A program made the position numbers and the translations under genes. A DNA stretch of 64,000 nt from Candidatus Bathyarchaeota archaeon (GTDB lineage: Archaea > Thermoproteota > Bathyarchaeia > Bathyarchaeales > Bathycorpusculaceae): positions 168,686 to 232,685 of the forward strand of contig CAWEPZ010000013.1 in assembly GCA_963811105.1 (NCBI GenBank), in the 5' to 3' direction. Below are positions 31,534-42,990 of this stretch, piece by piece. The notes beneath the pieces were generated by a model. The model saw only the letters and a list, made by a program, of their open reading frames with translations, was not told the origin of the DNA and did no database searches. Every line of letters starts with the position of its first letter. Positions within the stretch are counted from its first letter, which is position 1.

Positions 31534-33687
31534 CTATGGGTTAATGGTGATGTTTCCAATTGTTGCGCGGTTGCTTCCATCATCATAAAGACTTGGCAAT
31601 ATGCTCAGATGCTCTTTAGTTGATGGGTCCCAAATACCCATTCTTATGAAATAGGATCCTTGTAAGTTTTCAGGGATCGGAATCACATAGCTTTCTTGAA
31701 ATATTTGATTTTGTCTCCATTTTGAAGTTTGAATTAGATTATAGATTGGTTTATGTTCTTCAGAAAAAACTATGGATCCGTTTTCATCTGTGAAATGCAC
31801 ATACACAGTGTAATCTCTGTTAATCTGCTGCATACATTGCCAATAATACGTTACAGCGAGCACTTTTCTTGATTGTACCTCGATGGCTGTAGCATTAAAT
31901 CCTAGCAGTTCAATTCCTTCTCCAAAAAATATGTTTGTTCTCGTACAATTCGGTGTTTCGTTAAGTATCATCTGATGTCTGGCTTTGTTTCCGAAAATCT
32001 GAACTGTTCCCCAACCACTTGGAAGAACAATAGAGTTAAGCAGCTCAAAAGCTTGTGTTTTGTTGTTGTATTCGTTGAAGAAGTTAATCGTATTTGCTAT
32101 TTCATTTTCCTCCCAAAAAGTTCCAATAAATCCACCTTCTTGGGAAACAATAATGTCGCTATTAAATAGGTAAGAAAGGTCGCTTCCCCCAACGCCTTCA
32201 AGATTGTAGTGAAGATAATCTAAGGCAATGTTGTACTCAAGAGGGCCGTTGACAACTGGATTATTCATTAGTACTCTTACACTTTTTGTTGTGCTGTTTT
32301 GTAAGTACTTATTTATGGTGTCAAGTATTTCTCCTGATTTCAAATCTTCGTTCATGACCTTCTTGGCATACGGAGGGTTGTTAGAAGAATAGTCACCAAA
32401 CAACTTGATCTCTCCAGCGGAACTTGTCAGTGATATCGTAGGCAAATCAACAAATCGGTAAGACGCCCCAAAAAAAATTGTTAATCCAATACTTGCAACA
32501 AGCAGAAAAGTAATTATCTTCACAAATTTCGGTTTCTTGAACCGACTTGCCAATTCTAATAGTCCATATGCAGTTATTAGCGCTATTGCAGAAACCATTG
32601 GGAGCGTATATCTCGGATCCTTATTGCTCGTTAATGTGAAAATAATGTAAGGTACTACAATCGATGAAGCAATTAGAATCTTAGTTTCTCGTTTAAGATG
32701 AACTGTAGTAATGAAAAATGTTAAACCAATCAAGAAAAAAATGAAGTAAGGAAAAGATATTTGCAGGCTTATGAGCTTCACTAAGTAATACACAAATGAA
32801 TTTAGAGATAATATCGTTGGGTCATTTTCTAATGCCCCAAAGTTGGCATATTCTGCAATACTTTTCACCATGCTTGAAAAATTAGCAATGTAGAAAGGAG
32901 CGGCGATAATTACGGCGCAAACTATAACGAACAGGAAATTAAGTGCCGTTAAGTGCTTTGGAGATAGCTGTTTTGCAGAGTTCATTTTGAACTTGGAGAT
33001 ATTGAACGAACTAATCACAGAGGAGAACCAGTTTTTCACAATTGGAAAGGAATATACAATCAACGGCGGAATAGTAAAAAATACAAATGTCCATTTTGTT
33101 AACAAACCGAGACCGAAGACAATACCGTACAGAATCGAATACTTGCTATTTTCAAATCTATCTGTTTTTAGCATAACCCAAATTGCAGTAGTAACCATTG
33201 CAAGTAGCGGAAAGTCAAGTAAGAAGTCTCTTGAGAGACCAAAAACCATTGGTGATGTTATGAGAAAGAATGCTGCTAAAAAGCCAGTTGTTTCATCTTT
33301 TAGATATTTTCCAATTGAAAATATAGAAAAAAGTAGTAGTACGACGAATGGAGCATTTTCAAAGAATATGCCAATATCAGAGGATCTGCCGAACAACACG
33401 TAGCCAGGTATCGCAGCCAAAGGAGCTAAGGGAGGATAAAAGCTATCTATTGATAATAGATGTTGAAAATCCAATTTCATAATAGATTCATGAAAATTCA
33501 AACTGACAGTAAAATGATGTGCTTCATCCCAAATGAGAGGATATGTATCAGAATGTAGCCAATAAACCTCGTTAACCAACCAAAATACAAACAAAATAAG
33601 AAGCAGAATCTTGAATTTTGAAATCCCTCTTAACTTTTTGACGAGGTAGTCTCTAAAAAATATTGTTTTGTCCCAAACTATTCTCAT
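31534..33687 (-). CDS. ArnT/PMT-like GT-C glycosyltransferase with extracellular C-terminal domain
   Basis: WDEAHH, YPPL, LLDFPL, LLTKW, KDPRY; many TMs; C-terminal YWQ....DYTVYVHF. Confidence 0.8.
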   Translation of the reverse strand: MRIVWDKTIFFRDYLVKKLRGISKFKILLLILFVFWLVNEVYWLHSDTYPLIWDEAHHFTVSLNFHESIMKLDFQHLLSIDSFYPPLAPLAAIPGYVLFGRSSDIGIFFENAPFVVLLLFSIFSIGKYLKDETTGFLAAFFLITSPMVFGLSRDFLLDFPLLAMVTTAIWVMLKTDRFENSKYSILYGIVFGLGLLTKWTFVFFTIPPLIVYSFPIVKNWFSSVISSFNISKFKMNSAKQLSPKHLTALNFLFVIVCAVIIAAPFYIANFSSMVKSIAEYANFGALENDPTILSLNSFVYYLVKLISLQISFPYFIFFLIGLTFFITTVHLKRETKILIASSIVVPYIIFTLTSNKDPRYTLPMVSAIALITAYGLLELASRFKKPKFVKIITFLLVASIGLTIFFGASYRFVDLPTISLTSSAGEIKLFGDYSSNNPPYAKKVMNEDLKSGEILDTINKYLQNSTTKSVRVLMNNPVVNGPLEYNIALDYLHYNLEGVGGSDLSYLFNSDIIVSQEGGFIGTFWEENEIANTINFFNEYNNKTQAFELLNSIVLPSGWGTVQIFGNKARHQMILNETPNCTRTNIFFGEGIELLGFNATAIEVQSRKVLAVTYYWQCMQQINRDYTVYVHFTDENGSIVFSEEHKPIYNLIQTSKWRQNQIFQESYVIPIPENLQGSYFIRMGIWDPSTKEHLSILPSLYDDGSNRATIGNITINP

Positions 33688-34404
33688 TTTTCACCAAGAT
33701 ACATATAATTTCAATTATTTATTAATTGTGAGTTTTGCAAACCTCACTCGAATAATTACCTAGGTTCTGCTCCTGCGCTAAACTCTAACCAATAAACAAG
33801 ATTGGCTAATTTTTAGATAACAAACCAGTGCTTACATGCCTTCAAAGAATGGTTATCATCGTTTACCAACAGCATAATGTTCTCAATTGAAAAGTTCTCA
33901 CTATCAAGAGAGTTCAGATTATCTTTTAATCCTGCAATCCTCCAAAAAGAAACCCAGGATTAAAGTAACCGCTTGCAACATAAAGATATCATTTAAGAAA
34001 ATGATTTGGATAGGGATGCCGCTAAGAGACAAACAAGGGTTTCCACAGAAATCAATCACAGCTCTTACGAATTCCTTCATTAATATTTAGAGCCCTTGTT
34101 TTCGATTTGTATCAGTGTTTCATGACATTGTAGGAAAAACCCTTTATTGAAAACAATATAGAATGTAAGTCCGGGTTAGCACTCCTTTGATTTCAAGGTG
34201 AAGCGATAAACAAAAAGCAACATCGGTTCACTTTTGCCTTCAATGCTGAAGTCTGCTTTGTCAAAGAGACTAATAACCAAGAATTCTAAGTAGGAAGTAT
34301 TCCATAATCCTTTCTAATTCCTCCTAACAACTTGTATTGTCCCACCAGATTTCGGAATAGATTTTAAAAGGTCAATAATATTTGTACAGAACAAGAAAAT
34401 ATGG

Positions 34405-35322
34405 TTGCTTTCGATGATGGACAATGAAGTAATGGTAACAGTAGTGGTACCGACCAAAAACTGCGCCGATTCTATTGAAGAATTATTGTGCGCGTTGAAG
34501 CAGCAAAAGTATAGGAACTTTGAAGTGATCGTTGTAGATTCAAGCGATGACGAAACAGAAAAGATAGCCTCTTCTTACAATGTAAAGACCGTTCGCTGTC
34601 CATCCATGGGGTTGAATATTGCCAGAAATACAGGTATTAGAGAAAGCTCAGGCAAAATAATATGTCTGACTGATGGAGATTGCACAATGGGACCCGACTG
34701 GCTAAGCAAAATAGTCTCCGAATTCACCCAAAATTCTCGAATAGGCTGTGTTGGTGGCAGCGTTCTTTCAAATAGCACTTCGTTTCTAGGTAGATATTAT
34801 TCAGAAGCAATGATTCCAATATACCCAATATATTCAAAGCATTTCTTAATTGTTGATGAGAAAAAATTAGACCAACCTTTCGGGGAAGCACGATTTCCAG
34901 CTGGCTGCAATATTGCATTTAAAAGAGAAGCCTTGAACAGGATAGGAGGTTTTAACAGCAATTGGAGAAATGCTTGTGAAGAATCTGAAATGCTGTATCG
35001 TCTTTTAGAAGAGGGTTATTTCATCTCCATTAATCCGGAAATACTAGTTTATCATAGACCACGGCAATCGATTATAGAAGCAACTCGTCAAACATATTCT
35101 TACGGATTGGGAGCAGGAACCTTTTCCAAGACGGAAAACGGTAGAAGTCGATTCGGAAAAAGAATAGCTTCGGTTTTTCTAATGTATGGAAAGACCATTT
35201 TTCATTCAACAATAACTTTCAAGAAAAAAGGTAACTCATCTGCCTTTCTATATCCCCTACTTGACTTTATTCTAGGAATAAGTTATTATTCTGGGTTCAT
35301 CATGGCTTATTTGAAAAATTAG
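34405..35322 (+). CDS. Glycosyltransferase family 2
   Basis: VVVPTKN, EVIVVD, ARN.G, TDGDC, GGF, EE.E. Confidence 0.9.
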   Translation: MLSMMDNEVMVTVVVPTKNCADSIEELLCALKQQKYRNFEVIVVDSSDDETEKIASSYNVKTVRCPSMGLNIARNTGIRESSGKIICLTDGDCTMGPDWLSKIVSEFTQNSRIGCVGGSVLSNSTSFLGRYYSEAMIPIYPIYSKHFLIVDEKKLDQPFGEARFPAGCNIAFKREALNRIGGFNSNWRNACEESEMLYRLLEEGYFISINPEILVYHRPRQSIIEATRQTYSYGLGAGTFSKTENGRSRFGKRIASVFLMYGKTIFHSTITFKKKGNSSAFLYPLLDFILGISYYSGFIMAYLKN

Positions 35323-35357
35323 TCGTAAACATGCATAATTGATATTTGGAGTAAGCT

Positions 35358-36464
35358 ATGAAAATCGTACATGTAACCTCAACATATTTTCCAAATATTG
35401 GGGGAATCCAAGTATTTGTCAAAGAATTGTGCGATTCACTTTCTCTAAAAGGATTTGACGTTACTGTTTACTCATTCGACAGAAGAAACGGATTTTGTTC
35501 CAACGAGTGGATGGACAATGTTTTGGTTAAAAGATACGCACCTTTGACTGGGGATCCAACATACTTTCCAACGTTGAGTTTTATAAGAGACATACGTAAA
35601 GAGACTCCAGCTATTCTTCATGTGCATAATCTTCATCACCTATTTCCCTCTCTGCTCTCTCTGATAAAAAAAGACAATCAATATTTTATTTTGCACCCGC
35701 ATTACCATAGGTTCGGTCAGTCACCAGCCCGACAGGTTTTTCTAACTTTATACAAACGGATTTTACCGAGCTTAGTTTTAGCGAGGGCGAATGCAATAAT
35801 TGCTAACTCGCTTTTTGAAAAAGAGATTTTACAAGAGGACTTTCCATCAAGTAACAACATAATAATGATACCCGAAGGGCTTCCTTTGAATGAACTCAAA
35901 TTGGTCCGGTGGCGTCCTGAGAGTCCAGATAGTATATTATTCATTGGAAGCTTGAGAAAATACAAGAGAGTAGATATGTTATTGTACGCTTTCAAGTTAT
36001 TGCTCAACAACGTAAAAGAACCTTTGAAGCTTGTGCTTGTGGGAGATGGCCCGGAGAAACAAAGCTTGACGAAATTGGCAACCGAATTGGGTTTGAGTAG
36101 CAAAGTGGTTTGGAAACAGAACCTCAGCAGGGACGACCTCCTTTTGGAATACTCTAAGGCCCGAGTTTTTATTTCGCTATCATCTATGGAAAGCTTTGGT
36201 CGTGCAGTATATGAAGCGATTGCTATCGGAGTGCCAACCGTTGTACCGGCTACGGGCATTTTTTCAGAGTTAGTAAGTGAGGGTATAGTGGAAGGCGTTT
36301 TTTCATTGACGCCGGGATACATAGCAAAAGCCCTAATACGGGCAAGAGAAAAGTCAGTGTCTTCGTCAGCCGCCCAGAACCTTAACTTTCAGGAAATGGA
36401 AAATTACGTAAAGCAAATCGCTGATATTTACATGTCATTGGAAAGCAGGATGCGTGCAGATTAA
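35358..36464 (+). CDS. Glycosyltransferase family 4
   Basis: YFP.IGG, KRVD, VGDGP, ESFG..V.EA.A.G.P. Confidence 0.9.
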   Translation: MKIVHVTSTYFPNIGGIQVFVKELCDSLSLKGFDVTVYSFDRRNGFCSNEWMDNVLVKRYAPLTGDPTYFPTLSFIRDIRKETPAILHVHNLHHLFPSLLSLIKKDNQYFILHPHYHRFGQSPARQVFLTLYKRILPSLVLARANAIIANSLFEKEILQEDFPSSNNIIMIPEGLPLNELKLVRWRPESPDSILFIGSLRKYKRVDMLLYAFKLLLNNVKEPLKLVLVGDGPEKQSLTKLATELGLSSKVVWKQNLSRDDLLLEYSKARVFISLSSMESFGRAVYEAIAIGVPTVVPATGIFSELVSEGIVEGVFSLTPGYIAKALIRAREKSVSSSAAQNLNFQEMENYVKQIADIYMSLESRMRAD

Positions 36465-39109
36465 TGCTTTTGGTTGATCAATTAATCATTTTGTTTTTAT
36501 TGAGCATTTCGGGAGAACCTGTTAGACGATTGGTGTCTCGTCGAGTTAAAATTTTGGAGTCACTGGATTTGATTCAAATAATGACTCTTGATTTTTATTT
36601 GGGTGGCTTAATTTTTTTTGTATTAGCAATTTTTCCTTTTGGCTTGTATACTCGTAGCGTTACGATAGCCATAATCGCTTTTTCGATTTTGATTTCTTTT
36701 AGTTTGCTTTCTTGGAAGTACTTAAAAGGATTAAAGAATTTCACCCAACTTCAAATCACTATAAGGCAGGTTCTTGAATCAAGAGCCACAATTCTGACAG
36801 GGTTCCTTCTGGTTACGTTCTTTCTCCTGATATTTTGGATTGAAGCAGGAGCAGCACAGGGAATAATCTTTGGAAATGTGCATGATGCTTCTTTGTTTTC
36901 AGCCATTGCAAAATTAATTTCAAAAAACGGGATGATACCTTCAACTCTTAGTCCTTTTGACCCTTCAGGAATAATTTATCCTCAAGCTTTTTCGGTCATA
37001 CAAGTTTTTGCCGCATATGTATTTAACGCTGAACCTGCAAACATGATTCTACTTCTGGTTCCCCTTTTCCAAGCTCTTACTGTGTTCGCCGCCTATTTCT
37101 TGGGTAAGCTCTGGTCTAACAAGACAACGTATGGATTGCTGTTTGCCTTCCTCTTCACATTTTTTTCAAATTGGCCCAAACATCTTGTTTGGGGTAGTTA
37201 TGCTTTTGTGGCTGCATTTCCCCTTTACCTTGTGGTCTTAGGTTTGGTCGGTATCGCAATTCGCAAAAAAGAATGGTTGAAATTTGGAGGGCGAATTGAA
37301 TTTCTATTTTTAGGTTTGCTTATTGGTTATCTAGGCGCAATTCACGCAGTATTTTATGAGGTGATATTTGCAACTCTCTTCTTTGTAGTTCTCTTTTGGA
37401 TAATTAGTTTGCGAAGAGAAGCCTTGCGCGGGCTATCGGTTGTTTTTATCATTTTCATTTCGAGCTTGCTGCCTGTTTCCGTATTCTTATATCGATTTGT
37501 TATTTCGGCGAACGTGCCAGGTCAAAACGTGGGTTTGCCGAGTGACATAATTGCGCCACAACTCTCTTCTCTTGTTGATAATTCTAAGACACTTCTTACG
37601 TCTTTCTTCGACAGAGACTGGATAAGTCCTTACCCTGACGCTAAAATTATTACAATTTTTGTAATTGTATCAATCCTCGCTATGTTAGTTGTTTTTAGAA
37701 AATACCGTTGGGATAGCTTGCTCTCTCACTCTATTGGATTTTTATCAGCATCACTTATAGGTGGAGAACTTGTCATTTTGATGGCGTCAAAAGAACTAGG
37801 GTTTTCATTTCTTGTTACAGCATTCAATGTTCCGGAAACGGCAATAATATTGTTTGCTTCATTAATTCTTCTTACCGGAATTGGATTAGCCATACTTTTC
37901 GACAAAATCCATACAATGTTTAGGTTTAGTTTAAAAAAGATAGCTCGATGGAGTATGATATCATTCTTGTTTGTGCTGCTGTTTTCTCCTTTTATTTACT
38001 ACACCCTGACAGCGGACATGGAATATTGTCACGGAATATACAATCTATTATCAATAACCACTCCAGAAGATTACCAGCTAATTCTAAACATGAAAAACCA
38101 ACTTCCCACAAACTCGGCTGTTCTCATCAACCCTTATGATGCTGGAGGATTCATACCTTCAATAGACGGTTACAGGGCAATCTACCTTAGCACGGGAAGC
38201 AGATCTTCAGTTTCATATACTAACCTTTGCAATCTAATCCTCAAGAATAACTTAAACGAAACAACATACACTTTAATGAGCAAACTTAATATAACAAATA
38301 TTTTTGTTGGGTCAAGAGCAGTATATTCTGACGGAGTCAATTATCTTGGAGGACAACAATGGGATCCTATGTTGTTTCTTGGAAACCCAAACTTCAATCT
38401 AGTCAACCAAGTAAGTAGTTCATACCTTTTTGCTTTCACTCCCAAAAAATCTACAGACCTTTTCTTTGATGATTTTGAGAACTCTAACATACAACACAAC
38501 GGTTGGAGAATAGAGATTGAGGCAAAAGGAAAAGATTCTGCGAATGTTTCCCTCTCTTCAGACCCTCGCTACAGGTTTAGTGGCAACCAAAGCTTAATGT
38601 TAACAACTAAGGGGTTCCCCGATGAGTTTTCAGTTGTTCGATTATATAGAATGTTCTATTTGCCAAGTTCAACCGAAAATGTCACGCTTGACTTCTATCT
38701 AAATTCGCCCTCGGCCTCTCAACAGAATTCAACGTCAAGCTTTTATATCAGTGGAGAGAACTGGAATAACCAATTTTCATTGCCTTCAGCTTTCCAGAGC
38801 AACGAGGGATTAAGCATCATAATTTCGAACGAGAATTGGACTCAGCAATTATCTCTTTCGACATGGGACGAACAGGATGCTGTTAGACTTCTACGCACTC
38901 CTGGTTTTTATCAAATAAATTTGCCGTCTTTGTGGCTGGCTAGGTTTCACACTCCTTTGCCCAGTCATTTCTTTATTAAGACAGAATCGTTTTCCTCTGA
39001 TGGCCAAGAAAGTGTTTTCTATTTGGATTCGATTGGTCTTAAGGTTGGATCCAACGCAATCAATCTTGATCAAAACGAAACGTTGAGGAGCGGAGCAACC
39101 TTTGGATAA
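36464..39109 (+). CDS. Large polytopic membrane protein (possible GT-C) with extracellular C-terminal domain
   Basis: About 13 TMs, HDAS loop, YPQ.F; translationally coupled in the glycosyltransferase operon. Confidence 0.65.
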   Translation: MLLVDQLIILFLLSISGEPVRRLVSRRVKILESLDLIQIMTLDFYLGGLIFFVLAIFPFGLYTRSVTIAIIAFSILISFSLLSWKYLKGLKNFTQLQITIRQVLESRATILTGFLLVTFFLLIFWIEAGAAQGIIFGNVHDASLFSAIAKLISKNGMIPSTLSPFDPSGIIYPQAFSVIQVFAAYVFNAEPANMILLLVPLFQALTVFAAYFLGKLWSNKTTYGLLFAFLFTFFSNWPKHLVWGSYAFVAAFPLYLVVLGLVGIAIRKKEWLKFGGRIEFLFLGLLIGYLGAIHAVFYEVIFATLFFVVLFWIISLRREALRGLSVVFIIFISSLLPVSVFLYRFVISANVPGQNVGLPSDIIAPQLSSLVDNSKTLLTSFFDRDWISPYPDAKIITIFVIVSILAMLVVFRKYRWDSLLSHSIGFLSASLIGGELVILMASKELGFSFLVTAFNVPETAIILFASLILLTGIGLAILFDKIHTMFRFSLKKIARWSMISFLFVLLFSPFIYYTLTADMEYCHGIYNLLSITTPEDYQLILNMKNQLPTNSAVLINPYDAGGFIPSIDGYRAIYLSTGSRSSVSYTNLCNLILKNNLNETTYTLMSKLNITNIFVGSRAVYSDGVNYLGGQQWDPMLFLGNPNFNLVNQVSSSYLFAFTPKKSTDLFFDDFENSNIQHNGWRIEIEAKGKDSANVSLSSDPRYRFSGNQSLMLTTKGFPDEFSVVRLYRMFYLPSSTENVTLDFYLNSPSASQQNSTSSFYISGENWNNQFSLPSAFQSNEGLSIIISNENWTQQLSLSTWDEQDAVRLLRTPGFYQINLPSLWLARFHTPLPSHFFIKTESFSSDGQESVFYLDSIGLKVGSNAINLDQNETLRSGATFG

Positions 39110-39926
39110 AAGGTATCAAACAAGGGATTTTTGGAATGAGACTGCATTAAGATTCGGAAAAAAAAATGATTATGCACCAGTTCTACATCCGAGCGCAAAA
39201 GGTTTGCTCAACTGGTATACTGATTGGCTTCAAAAACACGCTCTTAACAATACTCTAAAAAAACTTGATGAAAAATTTGTACTAGAAGTGGGCTGCGGCG
39301 TCGGTCGATGGTGTGAAAGGCTAGCGAAAGCTGGTTCACGGGTAATTGGAATTGACGTTTCTCGCGAGATGGTCAAAAAGGCAAGGTACAGAATATCAAA
39401 ACAGAAAACGAATAGTGATTTTGTAGTTTCGAGTGCGGACAAGCTTCCATTTGTCCCACAAATTTTTGACTCTGTGATAAGCGTGACAGTCTTGCAGCAT
39501 ATTGTGGTCGAAACCTTGTTTAAATCAGCCATCGCGGATATGGCGCGAGTAGTAAAAAAAGGTGGAAACATTATTCTGTTGGAGTACATCGCTCGATCAG
39601 AAGGAAATCATAGTCTCAGTTTTCCAACGGTTGCTCATTGCTATGAAGAAGCTTTCGTTGATAGTCTGGGATTCAGTCTAGTCAAAGTTCAAGGCGTCGA
39701 CTTGTCCGTCTTCTTAAGACCATTCAACCAAATTACTAAGAAATATGGTAAATATGGAGAATTACTCGGTAGGCTTGAACCTTCTTCAAGATACCTGTTA
39801 TCTGCTGCGCTTTTCTATTACATGGTGAGTATTGCCTCCCTTCTTTCGTTACCTTTAGATCTCATTTTTAGAAATATCTTTAGGCAATACTCTGAACATA
39901 TGGTCTTTATTTTTTCGAGCAAATAA
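39102..39926 (+). CDS. Class I SAM-dependent methyltransferase
   Basis: VLEVGCGVGR, GIDVS..M, LPF...FD.V. Confidence 0.9.
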   Translation: MDKRYQTRDFWNETALRFGKKNDYAPVLHPSAKGLLNWYTDWLQKHALNNTLKKLDEKFVLEVGCGVGRWCERLAKAGSRVIGIDVSREMVKKARYRISKQKTNSDFVVSSADKLPFVPQIFDSVISVTVLQHIVVETLFKSAIADMARVVKKGGNIILLEYIARSEGNHSLSFPTVAHCYEEAFVDSLGFSLVKVQGVDLSVFLRPFNQITKKYGKYGELLGRLEPSSRYLLSAALFYYMVSIASLLSLPLDLIFRNIFRQYSEHMVFIFSSK

Positions 39927-40112
39927 TCCTAGAAATTAAGAATCGGATCGCCTATTCCCCATGGTCTTTCGTTTTTAATCTAATTCTTCTTCCAACGAAG
40001 TCCATTTTAACAATGTAACCTGATCTCTCTTTCTCGTAACTGGATATGCTCTAAATATCGCGCACTTAATACCACGCTTAGGAATGTAACTTTGTTTCAA
40101 AGACTTGAAGAT

Positions 40113-40970
40113 TTAAGATATAAATGTGTGATTTTTACAACTCTTGTTCAAGATGATGACCATAAGTATAAGAACGTAGTTATTCTTCCAAAAAGTCCCC
40201 TGTTTAGTATTTTTCTGAGCACACTGTAATGAATTCTCAGCCTCACCAGGGAAAATGCCATTACAAACGCCAACTTCAGTTAGGCTAGGCGACAATTTAC
40301 TACCTTCCTTTTCAATCCAAATTATTCCAACTTCTTCTACTTTGAATCCTCTTTGAAAAGCAGAATATATTAGGTTAACATCAAAAGCAAAGTCAGCTAC
40401 AATAAAATCTTCCTTAATTTCATCGATCAAGCTTCTTGTAAAGATTTTAACTCCACATTGCGTATCTTTTATGCCACGCAAATTCCAAAACAATAATTTG
40501 AGCAAAACGTTAAAAGACCTGCTGAAAATGACCCTCCTAGTATGTCTTGCCGATAGGATTCTGGAATTTTTTGCATATCTAGATCCAATAACCAGGTCAT
40601 AACTGCTGGATAATTCTATAAGCCTGTCCAGTTCTCTCCAGGGTATGGATCCATCTGCATCGATGAAAGCAATAATGTCAGCTTGGCAAGTTTTCAAAGC
40701 TTCGATTATTGCACCACCCTTTCCAAGTCTATTTGGAACGAATATGCCAACTGCATCATCATAACTGCTTATTATATTCTTGACAACCTCAGGAGTTTCG
40801 TCAGTACAGCCATCCATAATTACAATCAATTCGCATCGGTTTTTGAACAATAAATCATTAGAAAGCATCAATTCCTTTAATGTTGACTCTATTCTTCCAA
40901 CTTCATTATATGCTGGAATAATAAGCGAAACCATTGGTTTACTCTTCAAACACATCGCATTGTTATTCAA
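40113..40970 (-). CDS. Dolichyl-phosphate glycosyltransferase-like GT2 (C-terminus probably frameshifted at ~40283)
   Basis: IIPAYNE, DGCTD, GKGGA, FIDADGS, GSRY, DTQCG.K, F.FDV; the alternate frame gives SLVRLRIHYS. Confidence 0.85.
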   Translation of the reverse strand: MNNNAMCLKSKPMVSLIIPAYNEVGRIESTLKELMLSNDLLFKNRCELIVIMDGCTDETPEVVKNIISSYDDAVGIFVPNRLGKGGAIIEALKTCQADIIAFIDADGSIPWRELDRLIELSSSYDLVIGSRYAKNSRILSARHTRRVIFSRSFNVLLKLLFWNLRGIKDTQCGVKIFTRSLIDEIKEDFIVADFAFDVNLIYSAFQRGFKVEEVGIIWIEKEGSKLSPSLTEVGVCNGIFPGEAENSLQCAQKNTKQGTFWKNNYVLILMVIILNKSCKNHTFIS

Positions 40971-41338
40971 CTCCGCTATCGCTCCAACAGTCGTAAGCTC
41001 GAACCCAAATACAATTTATAAAGTACTACTGAGGACTCCCATAAATATCCAGCGCACTTTTATTGCTTATTGTTGTTTCCACGATATTTAAGAAAAACAA
41101 ATTCTAGAAAACAAATAAATTCTAGAACAAACCCAGTAACCAGAAAGTAGTGCATATAAACTGATGTGAATCCGCTGGGAAGTTAGACTGATTGATAAAG
41201 AAACAACCACAACCAACAAAAAAAGAATAGTCCTGCAATTGAGGAGCACAGAAATTCGCTATTACCGCAACCTAGACTTTTTGTGAGCCATTTCACAGTT
41301 CTTTCGGTTATTGCTTAAGTTCACTTCTGGAACTTGCA

Positions 41339-42709
41339 TCAAAAACTCTTTGCATCTTCTTCAGATTTGATAGTACAAGAAATATCAAGTACGAAAACAT
41401 GCAGCCCAATATTGCCTAGAATTACAATTCGCAAGGGTTCAACCGTCAAAGTTTCATTCACAATTCCCAACAGGTTACTCGTCATCCAAGGCGCCAGTGG
41501 TAGAAAGAAAAAGGGCAAAGGACAATTCAATATACTGTAAAGCAAAGCTATGAGTGAAGCAACCCAATAAAACGCCCATTTAATCCGCCCTCCCACGCTT
41601 GCTATGATCAAGAACGGCAACGCCCAAATAAACCACTGTTCTTCGATAGCCCTATACGAAAGAAACAAACCGAATATAATTAACAGCATTGCCGTTGCCA
41701 ATTCAAAGGTGCGATTGCGAAAAGTCATCTTACCAATTTTCCAACAAACAACTGTCAAAGAGATAACAACAAAAACGATCGAACCAGCCGACGCGAAAGA
41801 AACAAACCCTGCGTTGATTGGTAAATACACAAGTCGATTTAGTAAGTAGAGCGACCAGTAAGTGAGACCGAACCCAACTGGCACAACAACAGGATTGATG
41901 ACGGCACTATTTGCAGTACCACCATTGATGATGAAAAAGTTAACCAAATTCCCAGCCGAGCCGATACTTGGGAGAAAAAGTATAACCGAGGTAGCTATAA
42001 AAATTGAAACAAAACTTGCGTAATTCTTCAATCGCTTAGGAACATGACCTGACTTAAAGAAGTAAATCGTAATCGGAATCAAGAAAAGGATCGGATACAA
42101 CTTGCAAGCTACACCTAAACTGAGAAAGACTGCTGAAAGAGATATTCGATTCTTCAGAACAAAAAAGAAGGCGGCCAAAGAGAACAAAGCCGGCAATGTA
42201 TCCCACATACCCCAACCTGCAGAAATCCAGATCACGAAAGGATTTATGAACCAGAAAATGGCAGCTTTTTCTGCTATCCCCTTATCATTCGTTAACTCTA
42301 GCACAATCTTATAGAGTAAAAGTGTGACTAAAAGGTCCGAAATCAAGAGTGGAAACTTTACCACAGAGTCAAAGAGGATTCCTGGAACATATTGAATATT
42401 AGAGGAGGGATAGAAGTTCAGAGCATTTGGAAGGGAGGACATAGGAATTGCATGTATTGAGAAAAGTCCTGCCAGCCAATCATAGGTGTACGCTATTGGA
42501 ATCATCGTGTAATGATACCATAGCGGAGCGAACGAATGTATACTAAAAGGACCATCTCTTATGATATCCATAGATATTTTGTACCACCCATACACATCAA
42601 GCGGGTGAGCAGAAATCGGCATCAAAACTACTCTGGCCATTATCCCTACTACTATTATAGTTGCTAGTTTGTGTCCATATATGAATCTACTAATATTCAT
42701 GAAACCCAC
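41339..42709 (-). CDS. GT87/PIG-M-like GT-C glycosyltransferase
   Basis: HPLDV, KFPLLISD, NPF..WISAGWG.WD, K.YP, EQW..W. Confidence 0.75.
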   Translation of the reverse strand: MGFMNISRFIYGHKLATIIVVGIMARVVLMPISAHPLDVYGWYKISMDIIRDGPFSIHSFAPLWYHYTMIPIAYTYDWLAGLFSIHAIPMSSLPNALNFYPSSNIQYVPGILFDSVVKFPLLISDLLVTLLLYKIVLELTNDKGIAEKAAIFWFINPFVIWISAGWGMWDTLPALFSLAAFFFVLKNRISLSAVFLSLGVACKLYPILFLIPITIYFFKSGHVPKRLKNYASFVSIFIATSVILFLPSIGSAGNLVNFFIINGGTANSAVINPVVVPVGFGLTYWSLYLLNRLVYLPINAGFVSFASAGSIVFVVISLTVVCWKIGKMTFRNRTFELATAMLLIIFGLFLSYRAIEEQWFIWALPFLIIASVGGRIKWAFYWVASLIALLYSILNCPLPFFFLPLAPWMTSNLLGIVNETLTVEPLRIVILGNIGLHVFVLDISCTIKSEEDAKSF

Positions 42710-42791
42710 GTTTTTCTCTCATACTTCACGTTATTGGTTAGGTGCATATGAATATTAGGCATAATTATAGCGATTTCCCCGAATAAATTTT

Positions 42792-42990
42792 CTCAACTTA
42801 TCGAGTGGAATGGCGCTAACTTAGCAGTTGATAGACTCACCAGCTGGTACTGATATAATCGCACAGTGATTAATTCTGTTAACGTAGCTGATGTTGTTGG
42901 TAGCACCCAAGCCAAGGTTGTTAATGGCCGATATTTACACGATGGCACACGCAACAGTGCTCAACTTACCGTCTATAGCATGATCCGAGG
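42792..42990 (+). pseudogene. Degenerate last blade of the propeller
   Basis: QLIEWNGANLAVDRLTSWY*...DGTRNSAQLTVYSMI, followed by the GGTCAAAA flank also found after the 46402 and 58727 genes. Confidence 0.7.

Noticed and set aside
33700-34400. Possible genes in long AT-rich gaps (also 40980-41300, 48680-49070, 49487-49760)
   Set aside because: Only short, stop-interrupted hydrophobic frames; probably decayed genes with no assignable family.
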